From Macrostomum lignano (Eukaryota): a stretch of 64,000 bases of DNA. The translations under genes and the position numbers were made by a program. Shown here piece by piece: positions 12,308 through 25,365 of the stretch; the stretch's first letter is position 1, and every line of letters begins with the position of its first letter. The stretch covers positions 1 through 64,000 of the forward strand of contig NIVC01001511.1 of the NCBI GenBank assembly GCA_002269645.1, written 5' to 3'. The notes beneath the pieces were generated by a model, which did no database searches, was not told the DNA's origin, and saw only the letters and a program-made list of their open reading frames with translations.

Positions 12308-14893
12308 TTTGGAACTTATTAAAAACACCAAATCCCTCAAACAACAGAGTAACAATTGATGAAAAATTTGTCATACACTTTCAAAATCTTGTAACTGAAC
12401 AAGACAGCAGCATTAGACTATCATACGATCTTCACCTTGACAACCCTATTCTGGCTGATTTAGAGGATTTCAATGCCCCATTCACCAAAGAAGAAGTTAT
12501 AAAACATATTAAAAAGCTCAAAACCGACAAAGCACCTGGGCACGATAAAGTATATGTAGAAACACTCAAATACCTCGAGAACGAACTTGCTGACCTCCTA
12601 TGCTCACTTTTCAACGAAGCACTCAAACAAGGAACCTTCCCAACTAGTTGGATAACAAATACACTTCATCCGATTTATAAAAACAAAGGCAGCAGTGCCG
12701 ACCCCAACAATTACAGAGGAATCTGCATTCAACCAATTCTTGGCAAGCTCTTTTGCCAAATTATTAAATCCAGACTCGAAAACCTAGCATACGCAAACAA
12801 TCTTATATCAAAATACCAATACGGTTTCAAGCCCAATCACAGCACAATCGACCAATGTTTTAATCTTTACAACATTATAAACCAATCCATCTACAACAAA
12901 GAAGAACTCTTTATTGGATTTGTTGACTATGAAAAAGCCTTCGATAGCTTAAATCAACCGACCCTTTGGTGCAAAACGGATAATCAGGGTATTAAAGGTC
13001 AAATGATGGAACTTATCAAGAACATGCATAAAAATGCCTGCTTCATTCTAAAAAAAGATGATGATGATGATGAAACCCAGCCAATCCCAATATCTAAAGG
13101 TGTTCTTCAAGGCAACCCTCTCTCTACCATTCTTTTTGAACTATATATTGACGACATTGTTGAATATCTTGAACTCTCTAGCGCTAGGCGCTCTCTTACG
13201 AGATCTGCTTTCCCACTCATCCTACTCTTTGCAGACGATCAAGCCATTCTAGCTAATAAAACAAAGACGAACTTCAAGACACATTTACGACTATGGAAAA
13301 TTACTGCAAACAAAATTACTTGAAAGTAAACGCAAGCAAAACAAAGTTTATGCAGGGCAATACCAGACAAAAAAACGACACAGAAAGCATTGCTACAAAA
13401 ATATACTACGACAATCAAGAAATAGAAGAAGTAAATGAATTTAAATACCTGGGAATTATTTTTGAACCAAAAAACAGCTTTAAAAATGTATTGAACACCA
13501 AACTAAGCAGGGATATACAGCCATGTTTTCCCTACTCCATAGGGTAAAGAATACGTCCCTAGACATCACACTCATTCGCAGACTATTCAACGCGCTTGTT
13601 ATCCCCGTTATCACTTACGGTTGTGAGCTCTGGGGCCCTCTGGCTACCATGTCTGATACAAAAGCTATTGATAATATTCAGCTGAAATTCTACAAATATC
13701 TCCTCAATCTACCAAAATTTGCTAGCAACAGTGTGATATCATCAGAACTTGAGCTTACTCCAATCTCTCAACGAATCGCTAAAACCTACCTCATCTACTG
13801 GCTGAAGATTAGACACAAAAAACTCTGCCAAACGACTCTAGAAATTTTCTACTCAAGCACCGGCCAAAAAAATCCATGGAAAATGAATGTACTAAAGAAA
13901 CTAGAAAGTATAGACCTAAAAGCACTAACTGAAGATAAACTTTCCCAAAGCTTTAATAACGAGAAATACCTAGTGAAAAAGCACCTCAAGATACACAGAG
14001 AAAGAGAACTTAGCCAAAAGCTAGAGAATCAGCAACATATTAAACTCTACAAAAATGCCTATCTCTACAAAAAAAATCTGCAGGCCCGACCTTTCAGATT
14101 ACTTTCCATGTACATTTAGAAACAAAAAATTCTTAACAACCCTCCTAAAACTGAAATGCGAGATTACACCCAACTTTTTTTCTCAAGAACCATGTAAAAT
14201 ATGTGGAGAGCGAAATGGTTCTGACATTCTACACTACTTGACCGAATGTCCACAAACTGAAGAGATCAGGAAAAAATACTTCTGTCAATACCTCTTAAAT
14301 AGCAATCAAATACACAAGATAGGATATGCTACAAATGAAAAAAGAATCAGAAAAGAACTCACTGGTGTAGCTAAAATATATGAAGTCATGAATAGCTAAA
14401 ACAGTTAAACAAACTGAATCAGATACATTAGCAGTGTAACAAATCCGCTTTTCAGTTGTTTATTCATTTACTGTCTTTTAATTCCCTATTTAAATCGTCG
14501 TTATTCGTAAAGTTCTTTCGAAGTATTGTTTATGTTCGTTTTTCACGCTTTGAAATATCACGCGCTTTCAAAAATACTACATCTTTTTTTTTTACAAACT
14601 CGCTTACCAAAGTAATCTCGCAATTAAAGCTATACCTCGTAATTTGTACTCATTTTTGTATTAATATTTATACTCGTTGTTAGTTGTTAGTCGTCACTTT
14701 TCGTCCAAAAATACCGTAAAAATTCTGGCGCGCTTTCAAATACTTTATCTTTTACAATAACTCGTCTTTAACTCGTCTCGGCAAATCGTCTTTAATAAAC
14801 TTCTATTTCGAAATTTTTTCCAAATACATAGCTCTATAATATATTGGCCAAACAGGCTAATTGCCTGAGCCAAATTCTCTTACTACTACTACT
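12308..14893 (+). mobile_element. 5'-truncated non-LTR retrotransposon (RTEX-like ORF2: RT + C-terminal CCHC-type motif), frameshifted
   Basis: Frame open 12310-13323 with KAPGHD, DPNNYRGI, QYGFKPNHST, FVDYEKAFDS, GVLQGNPLS and LLFADD. Then FKYLGI, PVITYGCELWG and CKICGERNGSDILHYLTECP follow in shifted frames. There is a 3' stem-loop CAGGC-TAATT-GCCTG (14853-14867) and a (TAC)n tail at 14881-14893. No endonuclease part is present. Clade call is from motif recall. Confidence 0.9.
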
Positions 14894-15465
14894 TAAATAT
14901 TTACACTATATTTCCAAGATACCTTCAAGTTTTCATTGACATGGATAAATTAATGACCATTTCATTTTATTATTTATTAAACCTATTCCAACCCTTTTTA
15001 TTCAATATTATATGTTATAATTCATCCTAGTCAATCACACAATTTTTATACTCATTGAATCGGCTAGCAAGTATCTACATAAACTCAAGCATCAGATTAA
15101 TAGTACAGAGTTTTTACTTTTGAGTCAATGAGTCTTAGTCACGAAGCTGAGGCCTATTCCGAGCATAGAAATTAAGTTGCGTTGCTGTTTTTCAAAATTT
15201 TGAAGGAAAAAATTTAGCACGAAGCACTACATATACTCCTTTTTAATATGTAATTAGTAAAAATTAATTTTCTAGATTAGGCCTACGCTATGGTATATGT
15301 AATGCAACTAGCAATCAGCACCCCCTGTTGTGTACCAACAAAGAATAAAGTAATTTTTCTGAATAAGCTACATGTAGTTTTTGACCTCTCAAACTCGACA
15401 TCTTACTGAGATGTTACTCAGATGTTATGTTACTAAGATTCTCAGCAATTCCCCTCTAGGCTCTA

Positions 15466-15532
15466 GCCTACTAATATGTCAAGTTAGAAGGGGCTAGAGT
15501 GTAGCCCCTTCTAGCTTGACATATTAGTAGGC
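15466..15532. repeat. 67-nt palindrome: 31-bp stem (one G.T pair) with 5-nt loop GAGTG
   Basis: GCCTACTAATATGTCAAGTTAGAAGGGGCTA pairs with TAGCCCCTTCTAGCTTGACATATTAGTAGGC. Confidence 0.9.
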
Positions 15533-15857
15533 CTAAATCCCCCTATAAGCCTTGACATCTCAACAGTTCTTGCTAGAATTTATGACATTATAATAGGCCT
15601 AGCTACTCCCCCAAGCCTTGACATTGTTCTGTTTTGAACCCATTTGTAAAGCAGTATTGCCTAAAATCTATAAGACTATAGAAGAGGGTGACTTGATTTA
15701 GTAGGTAGACTGGTAGTCGGCAATTGTGCAGTTTCCTGCTCTAAATTATTTTCACCTTTTTTTGAACTTTTCAGATATTAAACAAGTGTAACAACACAAG
15801 TTCGCAAGTTCAAAGCAAGTTCATGTCCACACGTTTGCACTACACAGGGAGCAGTTC

Positions 15858-15995
15858 AGGTGACTCTCTTCAAAAAAGGAGTCCTTCCTAATTGAGCAGT
15901 GCCGCTTACACTCCTTACAGGACCACCGCCAGCCATCAATGCAGTCCATGCCGGCACAGCATTGGAGTGACATAGGAATGTTGCACGCTTCACAC
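15858..15995 (-). mobile_element. Fragment of Merlin (IS1595/ISXO2-like) transposase N-terminal zinc-ribbon region
   Basis: Minus-strand peptide CEACNIPMSL...DGWRWSCKECKRHCSIRKDSFFEESHL matches the DG..W.C..C...SIR..S.F..S.L motif typical of eukaryotic Merlin transposases; no DDE core or TIRs identified. Confidence 0.65.
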
Positions 15996-17277
15996 GACGA
16001 AAGTTCGAAAAAAGGGTAAAAATAATTTAGAGCGGGAAACTGCATAATCGCCTGGTAGTCTACCATAGAAAATATTTTTTGTTAATTTTTATTTAGTAAA
16101 TACAAGTAAATTATTAGTCTTATCTAAAACCTGATTGCAGCGCATGGGCATTTTGGTAGACGGCGTCCGGCGCGGATCTAATATGGCGCGGCGCGGCGCG
16201 TATGGCGCGCGGCGATTAGTACGGCGCGGCGCGGTACTAATTAGATGCCGAGGCATTTAGGCTGGATAAGACAGTCATAGTTACTCCTGCCGTTTACCCA
16301 AAACTGCGTTAATTTTGCTTTAGGGTTTCTTTCACAGGTGAGTCATTTCACAGCGTGGCGCAGGTTGTGTAGGCGTCTGGCGTACTTAAGCCATGCGCTG
16401 CAATAGGGATCTAAAATTCATTGAATTTTAATGTCTTAGAAGCAATATTTAACTAAAAATGTATTATAGTTCTATAGTAGTTTGATAGCTTTATAAGAGC
16501 CTTAAAGTATAAAATTTTGAAGAAAAAAGGCTTACTATTTCTATTAAAAATAGCAATCTATTTAGATTTACATCATTTATGGAATTTTACAATCTTAAAA
16601 AGAATAGACTAATAAATGCTTCTAAATGTTTAAGAATAGCTTATATAGGACAATATACTTGTTTATATATAATATTTAAGTTTGTACTAGCTATAAAAGT
16701 TATTCTCAACAAAAATGGAACTTTGTTAGCTCTAGTAAAACTTCTTTGCTTCAATTTATTTTTTTTGATTTTACATTTCTCTTGCTTCCTTTATTTATAT
16801 TTCCTATTATACAGTGAGAGCCTGAAGTTAGTACTATTAAAATCAGTGTTATATTATAATCATTGTCCATTCATTGCTTGTTCTTTAGTCTCGTTATCAT
16901 TAGCAAAGGCATTGCTTTTTCAGTTTATTGTCTATCCCTCAATCTGGTATATCCCTGTAAACCTTGAACCTATCCCCATTGTTCTAAAATAATTCTAGTT
17001 GCCTTGAGCTAAAAGATTCAAACTTCTACATTTTCTTATTCTAACAAAATTTTATTGACAGCATTTCAAATTCATTACATTTGCCTTGCTCCATAGTCCA
17101 TAGTTTATTATTTCTTGGGGGTTAATTTTATTAACTTTGTTGTCTATGTTGGCCAGCGTTTATATATGCAATTAGGGCAAATGCTTTTAGGCCTATATTG
17201 CTAGTCATGATTGAATTTTGACAAACTATTTAACTATATATCATATATCATACAACTTTTAAATTCATAACTTTCAG

Positions 17278-17594
17278 ATGAAAAATGAGAGACCAGTTGA
17301 TGCCAATCTGCCACTATTTTCAAGCATAATTATTCTGCTCAGTCTCACCAGCATCTCTATCATGAGTGGCCTATGTTTTTGCATCAAGATTCGCTCATTG
17401 TTTCACAAAGTCAAGAGTCCAGACACAACTACTGCCAGTGGAAAAAGTAGCAACAGAGCTGCTAAAAGACGCAGCACTGCTTCTGCCGATGGTAGCTTTG
17501 CTGGCAGTCACTGCTGCGCTGAGGAGGTCAATGCCAGTGGCTCAATAGATAGCAATGTTAGGCTTGTGGGCAGTTCAGAGGATCCAGATGATGT
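17278..17594 (+). CDS. Gene B coding exon 1: short N-terminus, TM helix, juxtamembrane CFC, basic stop-transfer
   Basis: tttcag|ATG at 17278; MKNERPVDAN-LPLFSSIIILLSLTSISIMSGLCFCI-KIRSLFHKVK; donor GT|GTAAGT at 17594 (phase 2). Confidence 0.75.
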
Positions 17595-17724
17595 GTAAGT
17601 TTTAAGTTCTTGACCATCTTGGCTTGAATGAATTTTATCTTATTGACCTTTTCCTAGACAGTAAATTGTAATAGAGAATTCTATTTTAAAAGTACAATGG
17701 GAACTTCCTAGAGACTTTTTTATC

Positions 17725-18070
17725 TAACCAATTCCCCCTGGACCCTTTAATTATCTGAGGAATTCTCCTGGACCTCTTAATTATCTGAGGACTTCCCCTG
17801 GACCCTTGGATATTTGAGGAATTCCACTGGTCCCTTTGATTATCTAAGGAATTCCCCCTGGACCCCTTAACTATCTGAGGAATTCCCGTGGACCTCTAAA
17901 TTATCTGAGGAATTCCCCTCGACTTCTTAATTATATGAGGAATTCCCCTGGACCTCTTAATTATACGAGGAATTCCTCGAGACCCCTTATTTATCTTATG
18001 GATAATTTTAGGAAGTTTAGGAATTCCTAAACCCTTAATTACAATATTTGAAGAATTCCACTGGTCTCTT
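17725..18070. repeat. Degenerate ~30-bp minisatellite (GAATTCCCCTGGACCTCTTAATTATCTGAG)
   Basis: Repeated aattcccc...ttatctgag units. Confidence 0.85.
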
Positions 18071-18289
18071 TAGTTATCTCAGAAACTCCCCTTAGCCTTT
18101 GGCCTTATCGATCTGGAAATTCCACGAAAGCATTTTCCATCTAGGGACATACAATCGGTTTTGTACGTCATAATTGCTACCTGTAGAAAACATTAGCTAT
18201 AGTAAGCTTTATTAATTCAGCCAAGATATTGATATTGAGCCAATGAGCGTCTGAAGATTCTCCTTGAGCTCTTACTAGTAATCTTAAAA

Positions 18290-18540
18290 AATCCCCTTTG
18301 ATCCCCTGCTAATCAGAGAAATTCCCCTTTGATCCCCTGCTAATCAGAGAAATTCCCCTTTGATCCCCTGCTAATCAGAGAAATTCCCCTTTGATCCCCT
18401 GCTAATCAGAGAAATTCCCCTTTGATCCCCTGTTTACCAGAGAAATTCCCCTTTGATTCCCTACTAATCAGAGAAATTCCCCTTTGATCCCCTGCTAATC
18501 AGAGAAATTCCCCTTTGATCCCCTGTTTACCTGAGAAATT
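18290..18540. repeat. 31-bp minisatellite (TTGATCCCCTGCTAATCAGAGAAATTCCCCT), ~8 units, ending at the exon-2 acceptor
   Basis: Period 31 (18301, 18332 and onward). Confidence 0.95.
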
Positions 18541-18562
18541 CCTCGGCCTCCCGCATCCGCAG

Positions 18563-18907
18563 GGACGCTAGCGCGGGAATCTACGAGACCACCGCCAGTC
18601 TGGACGGCCTGGACCATCGCTGCACCGTCGTGTCTGTCGGCGTCCATCACGGCTGCGCAACCAAAGCCGCAGACAACGGCATCAGTGCGGACTTGAGCAG
18701 TGTGGACTGTCGGGATCGTCACAGCGCTCTCGCTAGCAGCGGCGAGCCTCATAAATGGGTCAGCCTCCGAGAGAGCTTCATAGCCAGGCTTAGCGGACTG
18801 TCAGCGAGTGTGCAGCTGGGCCACCGCGGTCAGCGACAGTCCAACAACGGTGCTCACGCTGCGGTGCTGGATCCCGACGACTCCAATGAGCAGCTCGTTA
18901 GGCCGAG
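18563..18907 (+). CDS. Gene B exon 2
   Basis: Acceptor ccgcag|18563 completes V codon (DDV-DASAGIYETT...); donor AG|GTGCGT (phase 2). Confidence 0.75.
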
Positions 18908-18977
18908 GTGCGTTTCTTTGTAGCCGCTGGTTGAGTTGACTAGCGATCCTAAATTTGGGGATTTGGACCTACAGTTT

Positions 18978-19270
18978 TGAAAGGGATTTCGACCCACGGG
19001 ATTTCGATTTGGGATTTTGACGCGCGGGATTTCGATTTGGGATTTTGACGCGCGGGATTTCAATTTGGGATTTTGACCCAAAAGATTTCGATTTGGGATT
19101 TTGACCCACGGGATTTCGATTTGGGATTTTGACCCACGGGATTTCGATTTGGGATTTTGACGCGCGGGATTTCGCCTTGGGATTTTGACCCACGGGATTT
19201 CAATTTGGGATTTTGACCCACGGGATTTTGATTTGGGATTTTGACCCACGGGATTTCGATTTGTAATTTT
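18978..19270. repeat. 28-bp minisatellite (GGGATTTCGATTTGGGATTTTGACCCAC), related to the 4300-4700 array
   Basis: Shared GGGATTTCGA.TTGGGATTTTG core. Confidence 0.93.
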
Positions 19271-19794
19271 GACCTACAGTTTGGTTATGATATTAGGGAG
19301 CTTTCGTACTTACAGGACACAAATCTTTATCAAGATTTCCCATACGCATTGTATTCAAATCTGCATTTATAATGCCATATAAAAGTCCTGTTTAGCACAG
19401 CCAGGCCTCATAGGCCGCATAGATTCATATCTGCTGGATGTCTGTCCAAGCCGTCATAGGGGGCTTTACTAGCTTCAATGCTGTGTTTGCCGCACTTAAT
19501 GGGATATTTTGTGCATTTCAAATCCCAAAGGCTGGTTAGGCGGGGGGAGGGCTTGAATGCAGAATTTTCTTATCTACAGCTGACTGTACCGCCAGTTATG
19601 CGGGGGACTGGGAGGCGCAATAAAACGGCTGTTGGAGACACTTCAGGATAAATAAACATGAATTTTGCTTCCACTGTTTGGGATATGCGGCTTCGGATTA
19701 TAGCGACTCTGACGGGTGGCTGCGCTGTCTTTGCATCCGTACTGGCTTGTGCACTTTTATTTCGCAGTGTGGCTCGCTTGCATTTTATAGCGAT

Positions 19795-20420
19795 TTCAGA
19801 ATCGCCCCTCACCAACTCTGAATAATCGCCGTCTCACTAACTCTGAAGAATCGACCCTCACCAACTCTGAAGAATCGCCCCTCACCAACTCTGAAGAATC
19901 GCCCCTCACCAACTCTGAAGAATCGCCCCTCACCAACTCTGAAGAATCGCCCCTCACCAACTCTGAAGAATCGCCCCTCACCAACTCTGAAGAATCGCCC
20001 CTCACCAACTCTGAAGAATCGCCCCTCACCAACTCTGAATAATCGCCGTCTCACCAACTCTGAAGAATCGCCCCTCACCAACTCTGAATAATCGCCGTCT
20101 CACCAACTCTGAAGAATCGACCCTCACCAACTCTGAAGAATCGCCCCTCACCAACTCTGAAGAATCGCCCCTCACTAACTCTGAAGAATCGTCCCTCACC
20201 AACTCTGAAGAATCGCCCCTCACCAACTCTGAAGAATCGCCCCTCACCAACTCTGAATAATCGCCGTCTCACCAACTCTGAATAATCGCCGTCTCACCAA
20301 CTCAAGAATCTCCTCTCAGCAACTTAAGAATCGCCCCTCAGCAACTCAAGAATCGCCCCTCACCAACTCAAGAATCGCCCCTCACCAACTCAAGAATCGC
20401 CCCTCACCAACTCAAGAATC
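19795..20420. repeat. 24-bp minisatellite (TCACCAACTCTGAAGAATCGCCCC), shifting to 22-bp units near the exon-3 acceptor
   Basis: Tandem units are visible; source of the VRGDSSEL ORFs. Confidence 0.96.
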
Positions 20421-20442
20421 GCCCCGCCGCCCCCACCCGCAG

Positions 20443-21230
20443 CCTGGACACCCAGAAGTCGGTGCTGTCCACCAGAAGCCAGACAGACCGCGAGCTGCCC
20501 CCAGTGCCCGCCGCTGAAGCCGTGGACCTGCCACCCTCTGCCGCTTCGTCCTCGCCTCGCCTTCCGCCGCCGCCTCCCCCTCCCCCAGACTCCAGGGGCG
20601 CGCCATCATCCTGCGGACTGCTTCGCAGGCATCTGACCGACATCCCTTTGCCAGCTTTTGCCCAGCGCCTCGCCAACGGCTCGCTTCGCAAGCAGGCTCG
20701 AAACCCGAAGTCCGCCCAGCCCGTCCAGCCGCCTGTGGCGCCTCCTCTGTCGGCAGCATCGCCGCCAGCGCCCGCTGATGCTGCTGAAGCTTGCGCAGCT
20801 GACGCCCCGGTCACTGCGGAGGGCTTGCCGACTGCGGTGTCGGTGTACACCATCGACAGCGATCTGACCAGCGAGGCCGACCCACTGTACACCTCGCTGG
20901 GACCGGGACAGCAGCAGCAGCAGCAGGCTCAGCGAACTCAGCACCATAGCAACAGTGCAGCTGCTGGCCATCATCATCACCATGAACATATTTACGCCAG
21001 CATCAGCAGGGCTACCCCGCATCAGTACGACTCTGCGGCATCCGATTCCGACGGCTTGGGGACTGCCGCTGGATCCACCATCAATGCTGCTGCTGCTGCT
21101 CCCCCTCCGCTACCGCCGTTGCCAAGGCGTAACTATGGCCGCGAAGAGGTGGATAGGATTCTGCAGATGCAGCAACAGCAGCTGCAGCAGGGACCGACTT
21201 ACTATTCGAGTATCGAGTTGGATGCTAGTG
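20443..21230 (+). CDS. Gene B exon 3 (Pro/Gln/His-rich; LYTSL, IYASI, YYSSI motifs)
   Basis: Acceptor cccgcag|20443 phase 2 (RP-S-LDTQK); open frame throughout; donor G|GTAAAT (phase 1). Confidence 0.75.
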
Positions 21231-21299
21231 GTAAATTGCTCTATTGTGCATATATTTTGTCTGTTAGTTTCATATTTATAGAGTTAAAAGTAGATTAAG

Positions 21300-22080
21300 G
21301 GGATATAGATTGAATGAGTGGTAGATTGAAAGACAGGCAGATTGAGAGGTAGAGTGAGTGAGAGGTAGAGTGAGTGAGAGGAAGAGTGAGTGAGAGGAAG
21401 AGTGAGTGAGAGGAAGAGTGAGTGAGAGGAAGAGTGAGTGAGAGGAAGAGTGAGTGAGAGAGGTAGAGTGTGAGATAGGGAGAGTAATTGAAAGGCAGAG
21501 AGTTACTAACTCTCTATAGAGAGGTAGAGTGGGAGAGATGTAGAGTGGGAGAGAGGTAGAGTTTGAGAGAGATAGAGAGGGAGAGATGTAGATTGGGAGA
21601 GAGGTAGAGTGGGAGAGAGGTAGAGTGGGAGAGAGGTAGAGTGGGAGAGATGTAGAGTGGGAGAGAGGTAGAGCTTGAGAGAGGTAGAGAGGAAGAGATG
21701 TAGATTGGGAGAGAGGTAGAGTGGGAGAGATGTAGAGAGGAAGAGATGTAGATTGGGAGAGAGGTAGAGTGGGAGAGATGTAGAGTGGGAGAGAGGTAGA
21801 GTTTGAGAGAGGTAGAGAGGAAGAGATGTAGATTGGGAGAGAGGTATAGTGGGAGAGATGTAGAGTGAGAGAGAGGTAGAGTGAGGGAGACGTAGATTAA
21901 GTGAGAGGTAGAGTGGGGGAGATGTAGAGTGGGAGAGAGGTAGAGTGAGGGAGACGTAGATTGAGTGAGAGGTAGAGTGGGGGAGATATAGAGTGGGAGT
22001 TAGGTAGAGTGGGAGAGATGTAGAGTGGGAGAGAGGTAGAGTGAGGGAGACGTAGATTAAGTGAGAGGTAGTGTGAGGGT
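21300..22080. repeat. Purine-rich ~16-bp repeat (GAGAGGTAGAGTGGGA-like)
   Basis: GA-rich low-complexity tandem tract after the exon-3 donor. Confidence 0.9.
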
Positions 22081-22789
22081 CATGTTTCTCCTGAATCCAG
22101 GTCTGCAGTTTCCAATGCCTATTTTTATTGGCCACAGCGCGCATTGCAGTTGGTAACGCAGCTCAAATGTGCTCGAATATACTGAACTGCGGAGAAGTGA
22201 ATTCACTGAATTGAGTAAAATTTATTTTTCTGTTAAAAAGGCCTTTTCTTCCTGTGCCTTCTTCCTGTGCCTTCCTTATTGAAGCTGGCAATTTGCTCCG
22301 GAAAGTTCAAATTCTAATAAATTATCGGGGGTGGGAAATTAGAGTGAGCACATAATGATAGAAGCTTCTCTTATCACATATGCATATGTGTATTTGATTT
22401 AGTTCCGCCCTTATGAATTTCTGAGATTTATCAATTTTCTTTCTGGCAATTCCTCGCCCTAGCCAAGGGGAGGCTGCATGCTTTATATTTTCTTCAATCT
22501 CTTTCACAAGAGGAGTCTGTGATTAATTATTTTTTCTCCCGAGGATAGGCGATAGGCTGGTTGCGCTGGTTCCGGGATGAACTGTTGACTGTGCCACTGC
22601 TCTCACCCAGTGTGCACTCCGTGCCGTGTTGCTCCAGTCGCTTCGTCAACTTAGTTTGACCTCGCTAAGGTTCTCAGGCTCTTAGAGACTGAAGCTCTAA
22701 TGTACTCAAGCTCTCAGATACTCAAATACTCTTAGATACTTAGACTCTAAGATACTCAGACTCTAAAATCTCTGACACTCAGTCAGTAA

Positions 22790-25365
22790 GACACTCGGAA
22801 ACCATAGACTAAGACACTCGGACACTAAGAAAGCCATATAATAAGCCACTCGGACACTAGGAAACCCATAAACTAAGACACTCGGACACCAGGAAACCCA
22901 TAGAATAAGCCACTCGGACACTAGGAAACCCATAGACTAAGACACTCGGACACTATGAAACCCATAGAATAAGCCACTCGGACACTATGAAACCCATAGA
23001 CTAAGACACTCGGACACTAAGAAAGCCATATAATAAGCCAGTCGGACACTAGGAAACCCATAGACTAAGACACTCGGACACTAGGAAACCCATAAACTAA
23101 GACACTCGGACACTAAGAAACCCATAGACTAAGCCTATAGGACACTAGGAAACCCATAGACTAAGCCTATCGGACACTATGAAACCCATAGACTAGGACA
23201 CTCGGACACTAGGAAACCCATAGACTAAGACACTCGGACACTAAGAAAGCCATATAATAAGCCACTCGGACACTACGAAACCCATAGACTAAGACACTCG
23301 GACACTAGGAAACCCATAAACTAAGACACTCGGACCCCAGGAAACCCATAGACTAAGACACTCGGACACTAGGAAACCCATAAGACTAAGACACTCGGAC
23401 ACTAGGAAACCCATAGACTAAGACACTCGGACACTAGGAAACCCATAGACTAAGACACTCGGACACTAAGAAAGCCATATAATAAGCCACTCGGACACTA
23501 GGAAACCCATAAACTAAGACACTCGGACACCAGGAAACCCATAGAATAAGCCACTCGGACACTAGGAAACCCATAGACTAAGACACTCGGACACTAAGAA
23601 AGCCATATAATAAGCCACTCGGACACTACGAAACCCATAGACTAAGACACTCGGACACTAGGAAACCCATAAACTAAGTCACTCGGACACCAGGAAACCC
23701 ATAGACTAAGACACTCGGACACTAGGAAACCCATAAGACTAAGACACTCGGACACTAGGAAACCCATAGACTAAGACACTCGGACACTAGGAAACCCATA
23801 GACTAAGACACTCGGACACTAAGAAAGCCATATAATAAGCCACTCGGACACTAGGAAACCCATAAACTAAGACACTCGGACACCAGGAAACCCATAGAAT
23901 AAGCCACTCGGACACTAGGAAACCCATAGACTAAGACACTCGGACACTATGAAACCCATAGAATAAGCCACTCGGACACTATGAAACCCATAGACTAAGA
24001 CACTCGGACACTAAGAAAGCCATATAATAAGCCACTCGGACACTAGGAAACCCATAGACTAAGACACTCGGACACTAGGAAACCCATAAACTAAGACACT
24101 CGGACACTAAGAAACCCATAGACTAAGCCTATAGGACACTAGGAAACCCATAGACTAAGCCTATCGGACACTATGAAACCCATAGACTAGGACACTCGGA
24201 CACTAGGAAACCCATAGACTAAGACACTCGGACACTAAGAAAGCCATATAATAAGCCACTCGGACACTACGAAACCCATAGACTAAGACACTCGGACACT
24301 AGGAAACCCATAAACTAAGACACTCGGACACCAGGAAACCCATAGACTAAGACACTCGGACACTAGGAAACCCATAAGACTAAGACACTCGGACACTAGG
24401 AAACCCATAGACTAAGACACTCGGACACTAGGAAACCCATAGACTAAGACACTCGGACACTAAGAAAGCCATATAATAAGCCACTCGGACACTAGGAAAC
24501 CCATAAACTAAGACACTCGGACACCAGGAAACCCATAGAATAAGCCACTTGGACACTAGGAAACCCATAGACTAAGACACTCGGACACTATGAAACCCAT
24601 AGAATAAGCCACTCGGACACTATGAAACCCATAGACTAAGACACTCGGACACTAAGAAAGCCATATAATAAGCCACTCGGACACTAGGAAACCCATAGAC
24701 TAAGACACTCGGACACTAGGAAACCCATAAACTAAGACACTCGGACACCAGGAAACCCATAGACTAAGACACTCGGACACTAGGAAACCCATAAGACTAA
24801 GACACTCGGACACTAGGAAACCCATAGACTAAGACACTCGGACACTAAGAAAGCCATATAATAAGCCACTCGGACACTAGGAAACCCATAAACTAAGACA
24901 CTCGGACACCAGGAAACCCATAGAATAAGCCACTCGGACACTAGGAAACCCATAGACTAAGACACTCGGACACTATGAAACCCATAGAATAAGCCACTCG
25001 GACACTATGAAACCCATAGACTAAGACACTCGGACACTAGGAAACCCATAAGACTAAGACACTCGGACACTAGGAAACCCATAGACTAAGACACTTGGAC
25101 ACTAGGAAACCCATAGACTAAGACACTCGGACACTAGGAAACCCATAAACTAAGACACTCGGACACCAGGAAACCCATAGAATAAGCCACTCGGACACTA
25201 GGAAACCCATAGACTAAGACACTCGGACACTAGGAAACCTATAGACTAAGACACTCGGACACTAGGAAACCCATAGACTAAGACACTCGGACACTAGGAA
25301 ACCCATAGACTAAGACACTCGGACACTAGGAAACACATAGACTAAGACACTCGGACACTAAAAGA
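22790..25365. repeat. 32-bp satellite (GGACACTAGGAAACCCATAGACTAAGACACTC), ~80 units with higher-order structure
   Basis: Unit variants recur; the rare AAGCCTATAG block sits at 23131 and 24125. Confidence 0.97.

Noticed and set aside
16579-16992. 137-aa hydrophobic ORF
   Set aside because: AT-rich, Phe/Leu/Ile-biased, with no motifs or splice support.
22101-22152. Possible extra 52-nt exon of gene B (GLQFPMPIFIGHSAHCS)
   Set aside because: Has ccag| and |gtaacg and would be phase-compatible only with the weak 40457 acceptor. There is no compositional support, so it was left out of the model but not excluded.
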